From an uncultured Leptospirales bacterium (lineage in GTDB: Bacteria; Spirochaetota; UBA4802; UBA5368), in NCBI GenBank assembly GCA_964624235.1, contig CAZUXY010000001.1, positions 143,288 through 207,287 of the forward strand: DNA of 64,000 nucleotides. Reading direction: 5' to 3'. Shown here one piece after another: positions 9,772 to 19,651 of the stretch; position 1 is the stretch's first letter; each line of letters begins with the position of its first letter. The notes beneath the pieces are model-generated. The model worked only from the letters and a program-made list of their open reading frames with translations. It did not search any database and was not told the DNA's origin. Position numbers and translations under genes: made by a program.

Positions 9772-11118
9772 ATGTGTGACACCATCGTCGCCACCGCCGA
9801 AGCCACCTTGGATAAAACAACAATCCTGGCGAAAAACAGCGATCGTGAACCCAATGAGGTTCAACTGCTGATGCACCTGCTCCCTGTAAAACATCAGAAG
9901 AACATGAAGGTTGAGTGTACTTACATCAGCATACCTCAGGCGCCCCGGACCAACGAGGTGCTTATATCCCGGCCTTTCTGGATGTGGGGCTGTGAAATGG
10001 GAGTCAATGAACACGGACTTGCCATAGGCAACGAAGCGGTTTTCACAAAGGAACCTTACAGAAAAACGGGCTTGACGGGGATGGATTTAATTCGCCTTGC
10101 CCTCGAGCGGTGCGCCGGCGCTGTAGAAGCGCTGTCATGTATTACCGATCTTTTGGCACAACACGGCCAGGGTGGGAAATGCGGATATACCGCCGGTTTG
10201 AAATACCATAATTCATTCATTATTGCCGATAAGAAAGAGGCATGGGTACTGGAAACGGCGGATTACCAGTGGGCGGCAGTTAAAGTCAGAGGGGTTCGAT
10301 CCATTTCAAACGGTCTAACCATAGAAGAACACTACGATCAGTCATCCAAGGGACTTGAAGACTATGCTTTACATAAAGGGTATTTGAAAAAGCATGAGAC
10401 ATTTAATTTCAGAAAAGCGTTTACCGATTCTTTTTACACCTATTTCAGTAAATGCAGTATACGCCAGTGCCGAACCACTGAACTTTTATCCGGACATGCC
10501 GGGAATATTACCCCTGAACTGATGATGTTTTTTCTCAGGGATCATGGCCCGGGCGAACGATATCTGCCCCCTCATGAGACCAGCATGGGAACCGTCTGCA
10601 TGCACGCATCCATGGGTCCTCTGAGGCCCAGCCAGTCGACTTCGGCGCTGGTTGCACATCTAAGAAAAAAGACTCCTACATACTGGGCTACCGGCTCATC
10701 GGGAACCTGCACCGGCATATTCAAGCCCTTCTATCTGAAAGGCAATAAAATTGATTTTCTTCCTCATGAAGCGGGTTCCCGGTTTGACCACGGAATTCCG
10801 TGGTGGAAGCATGAGCTTCTGCACAGAAGAGCCCTGATGAAATATTCTTTCTGGCAGAATAACCTTATGATCGAAAGAAATGCTCTGGAAAAGAGTTTTA
10901 TCGAGATGGATACAAAAGCGATGAAATCTTCAGCCGGCACCGGACATGTACACAGACTTGCCGGCCTCTCCAGACAATGCTTCAATGAAGCAGCGACCGC
11001 GACCGATGAATGGAACGAAAAACTGAAAAACGCTCCTGGGGATAACGATGTGCCATATCTATACCGTCGCTTCTGGGCGTCCCAGAATCGCAAGGCCGGT
11101 ATTGCCGGTCAGTTATGA
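9772..11118 (+). CDS. Peptidase C69 family (Ntn-hydrolase dipeptidase/secernin-like)
   Basis: Starts MCDTIVAT..., the Met-Cys nucleophile start typical of C69 enzymes. 448 aa. GGAG RBS. Confidence 0.65.
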   Translation: MCDTIVATAEATLDKTTILAKNSDREPNEVQLLMHLLPVKHQKNMKVECTYISIPQAPRTNEVLISRPFWMWGCEMGVNEHGLAIGNEAVFTKEPYRKTGLTGMDLIRLALERCAGAVEALSCITDLLAQHGQGGKCGYTAGLKYHNSFIIADKKEAWVLETADYQWAAVKVRGVRSISNGLTIEEHYDQSSKGLEDYALHKGYLKKHETFNFRKAFTDSFYTYFSKCSIRQCRTTELLSGHAGNITPELMMFFLRDHGPGERYLPPHETSMGTVCMHASMGPLRPSQSTSALVAHLRKKTPTYWATGSSGTCTGIFKPFYLKGNKIDFLPHEAGSRFDHGIPWWKHELLHRRALMKYSFWQNNLMIERNALEKSFIEMDTKAMKSSAGTGHVHRLAGLSRQCFNEAATATDEWNEKLKNAPGDNDVPYLYRRFWASQNRKAGIAGQL

Positions 11119-11126
11119 AGCGGAAA

Positions 11127-11792
11127 TTAAATCATGGAAAACACGTAACGTTTGATCAAATCAAAATTTTTTTTCACTTCCGACGCTCCGGCGATATATT
11201 CCATATGTCCCGGAAGCAGGTATTCAATATCGAGTGATGAAATCTTTTCAACGCTTTCCTTGAGTTTTTCCCCGCTCCCTCCTGGGAAATCAACTCTCCC
11301 GACACTTTCCCTGAACACCAGGTCCCCGCAGACCAGGGCTTTTTTATCTTTCCAGTATACGCATATCGATCCGGGGGAATGGCCGGGTGTGTGATAGATT
11401 TCCAGCTCGACTCCGTTGATCAGCAAAGGCCCCTCTTCCAGGATCATATCGAACCTCAATTCAGGGAAATTCATTCCCATCATTGCAAAAAACTTCGGAC
11501 CGACCTCGTTAACAAAATCTATCTCATCCCTGTGCATCGCAATGGGGATATTTTTCCCCATGAAATGCTGGCTGCCTTCAAAGTGGTCGGGATGGGAATG
11601 AGTGTTGAAGACATAGCGTATGTCATCGGGATCGAGCTTATCGGCCATGAAATCGTTAAGTCTGATATCCATCTGCCGAGCAAGCCCTGGGTCGAAAAGA
11701 ATATTCAAAGGGTCCCCGAAATAATACATATTGCAGTTATTCTCGAAAAATCCCCGCCATACATAGCCGTATATTCCATCATCGATCTTCAT
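11127..11792 (-). CDS. MBL-fold metallo-hydrolase
   Basis: NTHSHPDHFEGS (HxHxDH), HTPGHSPGS and CGDLVF motifs. The ATG at 11792 has an AAGGAG RBS that overlaps the glyS stop, suggesting translational coupling. The track's start at 11885 overlaps glyS. Confidence 0.8.
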   Translation of the reverse strand: MKIDDGIYGYVWRGFFENNCNMYYFGDPLNILFDPGLARQMDIRLNDFMADKLDPDDIRYVFNTHSHPDHFEGSQHFMGKNIPIAMHRDEIDFVNEVGPKFFAMMGMNFPELRFDMILEEGPLLINGVELEIYHTPGHSPGSICVYWKDKKALVCGDLVFRESVGRVDFPGGSGEKLKESVEKISSLDIEYLLPGHMEYIAGASEVKKNFDLIKRYVFSMI

Positions 11793-11805
11793 GCAGAGCA
11801 TCTCC

Positions 11806-13881
11806 TTATTCCGAAATCTTGGAAAAATCCATAAATGTTCTGAAGGGATCCAGTATCGAATCCAGGAGCGCAAGCCGGGTATCACGCAGCTCCATGTCTT
11901 CTGCCATTACCATTACCTTGTCGAAAAAGGCGTCTACAATCCCTTTACCCTCAATAAGCACCCTGAAAAGCGTAGTATAATCATTTTTTTCAATACACTC
12001 ACTTATGGTAGCCCTGCGGGAATCAAAGAAATTAAAAAGCGCTTTTTCCGTATCTTCCTTCATTGAGTCCTTTTTGAAGGTAAGTATGTAATCGGGGTTT
12101 TTCTGCCTGAAGGCGCTGACGATGTTATTCATGCGTTTAAAACTTAAAAGCATTTCCGTGAACCCCTCGGTACTGCGGAATTCATTCAGGCTCTTTGCTC
12201 GCCGATACAGTTCCAGGTAATCGAAATACTGGGTCGCCATGCATGCGTCAATCTCGTCGTAGCGAAGGCCGTTCTCCATATAAATCGTATTTGCCCTGGC
12301 CGATATAAAAGCCAGAATTTTATCGATAAGCCCGCTCCCCTGTTTGTACATCGGTGCGCATTTCTGAAGCAAAGCCCCCATATCCAGATGCAGATTCGAA
12401 GCCATCAGCATTTCTACTACAGCACTGGCCTGCCGCCGCAGGGCATAGGGATCCTGCGAACCGGTGGGAATGTTTCCCACCGAAAAAGAACCGAAAAGGT
12501 TGTCAACCTTTTCCGCCAGGGACACCACTACGCTCACCAAACCCCGGGGGAGCGGATCATTTTGAAACCTTGGTTTATAATGATCATCAATGGCATCTGC
12601 GACCTCCGGATCTTCACCGTCCAGGAGCGCGTAGACCCGGCCGATCTTACCCTGCAGAGAGGTAAACTCGAAAACCATGGCCGTGTTGAGATCGGCCTTA
12701 CACAGGAGTGCGGCCCGTTGTATTTTTTCCCGTATCGTGTCCGTGCACGAAAACATACCGCTCAGATATTCGGCGATCTTCCCGATCCTTTCTGTTTTCT
12801 GGTAAATGGTTCCCAGTTCTTTATGGAAAAGCACATTGTTAAGGGATTCAACTTTATCATAAAGACTGCTTTTTGTATCCTCATTGAAAAAAAACCGTGC
12901 ATCATTGAATCGTGCCCTGATCACCCTTTCATTGCCCGCTTTCACGTGATCGGTGGCGGGATTGTTTGAAACCACCAGAAAGTTCGGCAGTAATTTCCCG
13001 TTTCTGTCCCGAACTGCGAAATATTTCTGATGCTCCTTCATCTCAGTGATCAGCACGATGTCAGGTATCTCCAGATATTCACTGCCGAACCCGCACGTAA
13101 CCACGACGGGATCTTCGGTGAGAAAACACACGGTTTCCAGCAGTTCCTCATCAGAAACAAGATTACCTTTTAAGGCCTTCGCTGCCTTTTCCAGAGCGGC
13201 CAGTATGCTGCTTCTTCTTTCACGGTGGTCTACCGTTACGCCACTGGCTTTAAGCACCGATTCATACTCGGCAACCGAAGAGATTTCGATCATCCTGTTG
13301 TGCTGAATATAATGCCCCCGCGTACTGTTCGTAGATGAAATTCCTTCATGGGCATAGGGGATGAGCCGGTCATTGAAAAGAATAAGAAAATAGGCAATGG
13401 GCCGCGGGAAGGTGATTTTTTTATCGCTCCATCTCATCTTTTTGGGAAAATGAAGAGTGCGTATCAACTGATCCACTAACTCTGGTATGATTTCTTTGGT
13501 TGAATGCGCTACCATCTTCTTTTTTGCGAAAATATATTCACCTTTATCGGTTTTTTTATCGTAAAGTTCCTGAAGCTCCAGACCGTTCCCTTTCAGAAAA
13601 CCCTGAAGTGCCCTGGTAGGTTTACCGTCAGCGTCATAGGCCGTTTTCAGCGAAGGCCCCTTGATCTCAACCTCATCCTCACTCTGCAGATCTGCAACCC
13701 CGCTTGCCATTATGACCATCCTGCGGGGAGTCGCAGATACATCGATTTTATCATACCCGATTCTGTACTCTTCGAGTTTTTTACCGAACTCATTCCGCGC
13801 CTGTTCGATTGCGGGGGGGATATATCCCGCGGGTATCTCTTCGGTACCGATTTCACAGAGAAAGTTGGCATTCTCAAGCAT
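11806..13881 (-). CDS. glyS: Glycine--tRNA ligase beta subunit
   Basis: 691 aa. N-terminus MLENANFLCEIGTEEIPAGYIPPAIEQ is the canonical GlyS start. No glyQ is adjacent. Confidence 0.9.
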   Translation of the reverse strand: MLENANFLCEIGTEEIPAGYIPPAIEQARNEFGKKLEEYRIGYDKIDVSATPRRMVIMASGVADLQSEDEVEIKGPSLKTAYDADGKPTRALQGFLKGNGLELQELYDKKTDKGEYIFAKKKMVAHSTKEIIPELVDQLIRTLHFPKKMRWSDKKITFPRPIAYFLILFNDRLIPYAHEGISSTNSTRGHYIQHNRMIEISSVAEYESVLKASGVTVDHRERRSSILAALEKAAKALKGNLVSDEELLETVCFLTEDPVVVTCGFGSEYLEIPDIVLITEMKEHQKYFAVRDRNGKLLPNFLVVSNNPATDHVKAGNERVIRARFNDARFFFNEDTKSSLYDKVESLNNVLFHKELGTIYQKTERIGKIAEYLSGMFSCTDTIREKIQRAALLCKADLNTAMVFEFTSLQGKIGRVYALLDGEDPEVADAIDDHYKPRFQNDPLPRGLVSVVVSLAEKVDNLFGSFSVGNIPTGSQDPYALRRQASAVVEMLMASNLHLDMGALLQKCAPMYKQGSGLIDKILAFISARANTIYMENGLRYDEIDACMATQYFDYLELYRRAKSLNEFRSTEGFTEMLLSFKRMNNIVSAFRQKNPDYILTFKKDSMKEDTEKALFNFFDSRRATISECIEKNDYTTLFRVLIEGKGIVDAFFDKVMVMAEDMELRDTRLALLDSILDPFRTFMDFSKISE

Positions 13882-14069
13882 GGGGTCCTCATCGTCTGAT
13901 CAACTTTGTAATTTCCCGTCCGTTTTGATCATCAGGTTTCACTATCACTCATTCCCGCTTATACCTACGAGAAATCCGGCCGGGCCAGATGGTATTGCAT
14001 ATAGGGTAATGTTTTCGGGGGCAAGTACTTTTTCTTCTAACAATTGGGGGGGATGAAAACCATAAAGGT

Positions 14070-15206
14070 TTATCGGATATACTTATGTGGATTCAGATTC
14101 CTGCCGCTTTTAATCAGCTCAAAATGAAGATGGGGCCCAGTTGATAATCCCGTGTTGCCGCTGCGACCGATATACTGTCCCTGTTTAACATACTGGCCTG
14201 CTTTCACACTTATCTGCGAAAGATGACCATAGAGGGATTTCCAGCCGTCCGGATGAGCTATCAGCACCGTTTTACCATAACCGCCAAGCCATCCCGTATA
14301 TGTTACCTTGCCGTATTTCGTCGCTCGTATCCATTCATAATTCGCCCGTATATCTATCCCTTTGTGGAATTCATACGCAGCGGGGTTAAACGGACTTCTC
14401 CTCCACCCATAACCGCAATTAATCCTTCTGCTGAAGGCCGGCCACAGGAAACCGGGGATAATATCCAGGGGCTTTGCATCGGGAAGAAAAACGTCATCGC
14501 CGTCCGACATGAAATCAGTGTTCCTGATGTTGTTTTCAGCAAGTATTCTTTCAATTGGTATTTTGTATTTTGCCGCGATAGCCTGTAGTGTCTGCCCTTT
14601 TTTTACTGTGTAGAGTATACCGTCTTTGTTGGGTATTTTCAGTACCGTTCCCTCGTGAATGATATCGTAAGAGACAAGTTTATTATTGCCGCAGATGGTA
14701 TCCATTGATACACCGTACTTGCGGGCGATTTCACTAAGCGTTTCGCCTTTCTCAACCCGGTGGATACGCAGTATAAGACTGGGATGAGCTTCAGGGGCTG
14801 AATAGTCGGTATCGATCGAGCGTACCAGCAGATCTTTCTGCTCTTCATCGGACAAAGGCACCGTTTGTCCTTTAAAGGAAGGATAAAAAAATAATCCCAC
14901 GAACAAACCGCCGGTTAAAAGTACTGCCGTTAACATAGCCCTGACGACTGCCGGCCTAAATCGAGCAATTCGCGACCCGGGGGATTTTCTCACGGTAGTG
15001 TTGTTGTGTTTATTACGGTATAAAGGAAGTGAACGAAATGGAATACGCGGATGCAGAAACCATTCAACCAGTCGTGTTAAGGGATTACGCGTAAAAGTAA
15101 AGAGATAGAATTTCTTCCTGCCGCGATAAATAATCACGGCGTTCTGTGCCGACAGCGAAACCGTCAGTTTTCCAATTCGGAAAGTTTTTGACCAGAACAG
15201 TTTCAT
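14070..15206 (-). CDS. LysM-domain M23 family metallopeptidase (LytM-like)
   Basis: Two LysM repeats (GETLSEIARKYGVS..., GQTLQAIAAKYKIP...). M23 motifs HKGIDIRA and GNTGLSTGPHLHFE. The N-terminal 90 aa of the track ORF are basic and low-complexity. A likelier start is the ATG at 14936, immediately before the membrane anchor MLTAVLLTGGLFVG. Confidence 0.85.
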   Translation of the reverse strand: MKLFWSKTFRIGKLTVSLSAQNAVIIYRGRKKFYLFTFTRNPLTRLVEWFLHPRIPFRSLPLYRNKHNNTTVRKSPGSRIARFRPAVVRAMLTAVLLTGGLFVGLFFYPSFKGQTVPLSDEEQKDLLVRSIDTDYSAPEAHPSLILRIHRVEKGETLSEIARKYGVSMDTICGNNKLVSYDIIHEGTVLKIPNKDGILYTVKKGQTLQAIAAKYKIPIERILAENNIRNTDFMSDGDDVFLPDAKPLDIIPGFLWPAFSRRINCGYGWRRSPFNPAAYEFHKGIDIRANYEWIRATKYGKVTYTGWLGGYGKTVLIAHPDGWKSLYGHLSQISVKAGQYVKQGQYIGRSGNTGLSTGPHLHFELIKSGRNLNPHKYIR

Positions 15207-15268
15207 TAAAAGAATAATCCACTGACACCCGGGGAATCCTAATGTTAGTATCGGAGGTTCTTTTTATA

Positions 15269-15682
15269 TTATTTAGAAGCCTTGTCAGAGAATTTTTCAG
15301 TACCCGTATTGAAAGATTCCTCTATCGCTTTCTTTGCGTCTTTTTTCTGCCCGCCTGTGATAGTGATATGGCCCTGCGCTACTACACCACGCTGAATGGT
15401 CAGGGTGGGCGTTACAATATCCCCCAGCACCCTTCCGGTTTCCAACAGACGAACCTCATCCTCGGCTTTAATATTGCCTATCACCGTACCCGCCACCACC
15501 ACTGAGCGGGCATTTATATTGGTTTTCACTTTTCCGGTTTCGCCCACCACAAGTTCTTCTTCCGTACGTATATCCCCCTCGAACTTGCCGTCTATCTTCA
15601 ATGAACCGCTGATATAGAATTTCCCTTCAAATATCGAACCTTCACCGATGGTACTGTTTACGGCATCGCCCTTGCTCGCCAT
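15269..15682 (-). CDS. Bactofilin (CcmA/DUF583 family cytoskeletal protein)
   Basis: 137 aa of beta-helical repeats (GKFEGDIRTEEELVVGETGKVKTNINARSVVVAGTVIGNI...) with a K-rich tail. GAGG RBS. Confidence 0.85.
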   Translation of the reverse strand: MASKGDAVNSTIGEGSIFEGKFYISGSLKIDGKFEGDIRTEEELVVGETGKVKTNINARSVVVAGTVIGNIKAEDEVRLLETGRVLGDIVTPTLTIQRGVVAQGHITITGGQKKDAKKAIEESFNTGTEKFSDKASK

Positions 15683-15831
15683 AGTTTAAACCTCGTTTTA
15701 AAAAATATTGCGTGGGTTTTTTCCGCTCTGACAGGCGGAGATGAACCAGGTATTCCCGGTTTGTACTATAACCAGGAAAATTCCCGAGACAGATTATCAT
15801 TGCAGGTAGGGTTATTATTTCAAGAAGTTTT

Positions 15832-17097
15832 TCACCCGCGCTGTATGGAGACGTTGTGCCTGTCCTGGCTGGGCATTTTACCTATAGATACGAGAGTGAG
15901 ATCCCTGTTGTCAAAAAGAAATCCGCTCAGACGGTTAAAGTCATCCATGGTTACGGCATTGATGCGTTGCACGATTTCCGCGAAGGGAATATCCCTGCCA
16001 TACACCATTTCATTTTTAGCCAGTTGTCCCATTCTGACTTCATTGCTCTCCAGGCTCAGGGCCAGATTCCCGATCATGAAAGTCTTGGCATCTTCCAGTT
16101 CTTCACGGCTGATACCGTCTTTCAACATGCTTTCGCATTCCTTTATGATCAGGTCAAGTGCTCTTTCATAACTTTCAGGAGATGTGCCGCAATAGACACC
16201 GAAGATTCCCCTGTCTTTATACGAAGAATGAAATGAGTAAACAGAATAACAGAGCCCTTCTTTTTCCCTTATATTCTGGAAAAGCCTGGACGACATGCTT
16301 CCACCAAGAATCGTGCTCAGGGTGTACAGAGCCCATCTCTGTTCATCATTCCTGTTGAGTCCTTCCGTACCGAGGCAGAAATGCACCTGTTCCAGGTCTT
16401 TGGCGATATGGCGGCGGCAGACTCTTTCAGGCGTCTGCTTGTATCGATGCAAAACCGTTTCCGATCTCCTGGAACCGCCGTTGAAATTCCTTTCTATTAG
16501 TGAACGGGCATCCTCGACCTTAAAGTTTCCTACAATGACAAAAATGCACTGGTCCGAGGTATAATGCTTTCTGTAAAATTCAACAAGCTTCTCCCTGGTC
16601 ATCCGGGCTATGGTTTCCTGTGTGCCCAGTATTGAATGCCCCAGCGGATGATTTGACAGCATGCATTCCATGAAAACGTCATGTATCAGTTCATCCGGAG
16701 TATCTTCATACATTCTTATTTCTTCGAGTATTACGTTTTTCTCTTTCGAAATTTCGTATTCATCGAACAGTGAATTATAGTACATGTCCGCAAGTAGTTG
16801 TACCGACATCTCAAGGAAATCGGAAACCACGTTTATATAGTAACAGGTATACTCACGGTTGGTCGCGGCATTGTGCTGGCCTCCGACCCTGTCGACTATC
16901 TGTGCTATCTCTTTCGCAGAATACTTCGGGGTCCCTTTAAAAAGCATATGCTCGATGAAGTGGGCATAGCCTCTCTCTTCATCGAGTTCATCACTGGAAC
17001 CGGTTTTAATCCACAACCCGACCGATATGGATACTACACCCTCTACGGGCTGCAGAAGTACGGTCATTCCGTTTTCCAGTGAGTATTTAGCAAACAT
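15832..17097 (-). CDS. M16 family zinc peptidase (pitrilysin/insulinase-like)
   Basis: HFIEHMLFKGT inverted zinc-binding motif (HxxEH). 421 aa. Immediately downstream of pnp. Confidence 0.85.
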   Translation of the reverse strand: MFAKYSLENGMTVLLQPVEGVVSISVGLWIKTGSSDELDEERGYAHFIEHMLFKGTPKYSAKEIAQIVDRVGGQHNAATNREYTCYYINVVSDFLEMSVQLLADMYYNSLFDEYEISKEKNVILEEIRMYEDTPDELIHDVFMECMLSNHPLGHSILGTQETIARMTREKLVEFYRKHYTSDQCIFVIVGNFKVEDARSLIERNFNGGSRRSETVLHRYKQTPERVCRRHIAKDLEQVHFCLGTEGLNRNDEQRWALYTLSTILGGSMSSRLFQNIREKEGLCYSVYSFHSSYKDRGIFGVYCGTSPESYERALDLIIKECESMLKDGISREELEDAKTFMIGNLALSLESNEVRMGQLAKNEMVYGRDIPFAEIVQRINAVTMDDFNRLSGFLFDNRDLTLVSIGKMPSQDRHNVSIQRG

Positions 17098-17108
17098 ATC
17101 GGATTTCT

Positions 17109-19187
17109 CTATCTTTTTAAGGCATCCTTTCTGCTTAAATCGATCCGTCCCTGCCGATCGATCCCGATCACCTTGACCTGCACCTCGTCCCCTTCTTTTA
17201 GGAGATCTGAAACACGGTTTACCTTCTGGAAATCGAGCTTGGATATGTGGATGAGTCCTTCCTTGCCGGGAAGAATCTCCACAAAGGCACCGTACTCCAT
17301 CACCTTCTTTACGCGTCCGCTGTAGATCTTACCCACCATGACATCTTCGGTTATAGCCTTGATTTTATCAATGGCCTTTTCAATGGACTCCTTGTCGGGC
17401 GCCGAAATACAGACAGTCCCGTCGTCCTCAATATCGATATCAGCTCCGGTTTCCTCGATTATGGCTTTAATCACTTTTCCTCCGGGCCCGATAATTCCTC
17501 CGATTTTGTCGACGTGCACGGTGATCATGGCAATTCTCGGCGCATGCGGAGCAAGTTCTTTTTCAGGTTCGGATATAACTGCATTCATTTTCTCCAGGAT
17601 ATGCATCCTGCCCTCCCTGGCCTGCGCCAGGGCCTCTCTCATGATCTGAGGAGTGATGCCTTCAATTTTAATATCCAGCTGGAACGCGGTTATACCCGTC
17701 GAGGTACCGGCAACCTTGAAATCCATATCCCCAAGGTGATCTTCAAGTCCCATAATATCGCTCAGAATGGCATATCTGTCCCCTTCCATAATAAGGCCCA
17801 TCGCTATTCCCGCAACAGCCGATTTAATGGGTACACCTGCGTTGAAAAGAGCCAGTGAACCAGAGCAAACTGAAGCCATTGAAGAAGAACCGTTGGATTC
17901 AAGAATTTCCGATACCACACGGATTGTGTAAGGGAAATCCATCTGATCAGGGAGAACATATCCCAACGCTCTCTCGGCAAGCATCCCATGACCGATTTCA
18001 CGTCTCCCGGTACCGCCGACCCTTCCGGTTTCTCCAACCGAAAAAGGAGGGAAATTGTAGTGCAACATAAACCTTCTAAAGCTCTCCCCCTCCAGCGCAT
18101 CCAGTCGCTGCGAGTCCCTTACCGTGCCCAGCGTTACCACACCCAGGCTCTGGGTTTGACCTCTGGTAAAAAGTGAAGAGCCGTGCGCCCTGGGGAGTAT
18201 GCCCACCTTTACATCAATGGGTCTTATCTCTTTCAGAGTGCGGCCATCAGCTCTGATCCCTTTATCCAGTATCCTGCTTCGCATCATCTCATAATCCAGT
18301 CCATCCATTAGAGATGCAGTCTGTGTACAGGTTTCAGGGTACTTCTCTTTCAAATCCTCTATAGCTTTATCAACACACTTCTTGAAAGTATCTTCCCTTT
18401 CCTTTTTTTCTTTTACATTGATCAGGTTTTCAATATCCGCCAGGAACCTTTCTCTCAATTCGGCTTCCAGCTTTTTGTCCAATTTTTTAGGGGAATACTC
18501 CATCACTGGTTTCCCTACCTGACGCTTTAGCTCTTCCTGGGCTTCACATAACTTTTTTATTTGTTCGTGCGCGAATTCCACGGCTTTGACCATGTCTTCT
18601 TCGCTTACATTTTTTGCCGATCCCTCGATCATGGTGACAGCTTTACCTGTCCCGGCAACCACCAGGTCTATATCACTTTTTTCAACTTCTTCAAAGGTGG
18701 GATTGACCAGGAAACTGCCGTCTATCCTTCCCACCCGGACGGCCCCTACGGGACCGTGAAAGGGTATCCCTGAAACAATCAGGGCAGCCGAGGCTGAATT
18801 TATCGCCAGCACATCGGTTTGGATTTTCTGGTCTGATGAAAGAACATATATTATGATCTGAACCTCATTAATGAAATCTTCAGGGAAAAGCGGCCTTATC
18901 GGCCTGTCGGCAAGCCTGCTGGTCAGGACCTCACGATCACTGGGTTTACCTTCCCTTTTGATATAGCCACCGGGGATTTTACCCGCAGCATAAAATTTTT
19001 CACGATAGTCCACCATAAGCGGAAAAAAATCCTGCCCTTCAACCACATCCCTGGAAACCACTACTGAAGCGAATACGATGGCTTCTCCGATCGAAACGGC
19101 GACCGCACCATCCGCCTGCTTCGCCAGGTATCCGGTATTGAATATAATACGATCGCGCCCGACTCCTGCGCTTACTTCCACACTCAT
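17109..19187 (-). CDS. pnp: Polyribonucleotide nucleotidyltransferase (PNPase)
   Basis: 692 aa with two RNase PH-like halves followed by KH and S1 domains (…GKVIKAIIEETGA…, …GKIYSGRVKKVMEYGAFVEI…). Confidence 0.95.
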   Translation of the reverse strand: MSVEVSAGVGRDRIIFNTGYLAKQADGAVAVSIGEAIVFASVVVSRDVVEGQDFFPLMVDYREKFYAAGKIPGGYIKREGKPSDREVLTSRLADRPIRPLFPEDFINEVQIIIYVLSSDQKIQTDVLAINSASAALIVSGIPFHGPVGAVRVGRIDGSFLVNPTFEEVEKSDIDLVVAGTGKAVTMIEGSAKNVSEEDMVKAVEFAHEQIKKLCEAQEELKRQVGKPVMEYSPKKLDKKLEAELRERFLADIENLINVKEKKEREDTFKKCVDKAIEDLKEKYPETCTQTASLMDGLDYEMMRSRILDKGIRADGRTLKEIRPIDVKVGILPRAHGSSLFTRGQTQSLGVVTLGTVRDSQRLDALEGESFRRFMLHYNFPPFSVGETGRVGGTGRREIGHGMLAERALGYVLPDQMDFPYTIRVVSEILESNGSSSMASVCSGSLALFNAGVPIKSAVAGIAMGLIMEGDRYAILSDIMGLEDHLGDMDFKVAGTSTGITAFQLDIKIEGITPQIMREALAQAREGRMHILEKMNAVISEPEKELAPHAPRIAMITVHVDKIGGIIGPGGKVIKAIIEETGADIDIEDDGTVCISAPDKESIEKAIDKIKAITEDVMVGKIYSGRVKKVMEYGAFVEILPGKEGLIHISKLDFQKVNRVSDLLKEGDEVQVKVIGIDRQGRIDLSRKDALKR

Positions 19188-19245
19188 TGTTTTACCTCTT
19201 TTCCAATTACTTTACTGCATACCCATGGCATAAACCGGGCCGATC

Positions 19246-19503
19246 CTATCGGCGAAGCCCCAGAGATTCAATCAGGCTTCTGTACTTTTGAAGATCAATT
19301 TTTTTAAGATAATCCAGAAGCCGTCTGCGCTGGCCTACGAGCTTTAAAAGCCCCCTTCGGGAATGAAAATCCTTCTTGTGGACCTTGAAATGCTCCGTAA
19401 GATGGTTGATTCGCTCGGTCAGAAGCGCAATCTGGACATCCGGAGAACCAGTATCTTTGTCATGACGCTTGTACTGGTTGATCACTTCCTGTTTCTGACG
19501 CAT
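19246..19503 (-). CDS. rpsO: 30S ribosomal protein S15
   Basis: 85 aa, ...[27 protein letters not shown]...LIESLGLRR matches the S15 consensus. Confidence 0.95.
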   Translation of the reverse strand: MRQKQEVINQYKRHDKDTGSPDVQIALLTERINHLTEHFKVHKKDFHSRRGLLKLVGQRRRLLDYLKKIDLQKYRSLIESLGLRR

Positions 19504-19651
19504 GATGTGTTAAAATCCTCCTCATATAAGTATGATACCATGATTATAATATTGAGGGCATTCCCCTCTCATTGACTCCCTGAATAATGATTATAATGAA
19601 AAACCATAAACCACCCCTGCGGCGACCATTGATCCGGTAGCTTATACGCCA

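Noticed and set aside
11379-12969. Plus-strand ORFs opposite the MBL hydrolase and glyS
   Set aside because: Shadow ORFs; glyS and the MBL motifs are unambiguous on the minus strand.
13882-14069. Possible T-box leader upstream of glyS
   Set aside because: Only 188 bp of leader. No AGGGTGGNACCGCG T-box sequence or specifier-loop architecture found on the glyS strand.
19239-19253. GCCGAT-CCT-ATCGGC hairpin overlapping the rpsO stop codon as the rpsO terminator / pnp leader processing site
   Set aside because: Only a 6-bp stem, and the downstream sequence (CCGGUUUAUGCC) is only weakly U-rich. It may contribute to the known rpsO-pnp regulatory hairpin, but the evidence is too thin to annotate.
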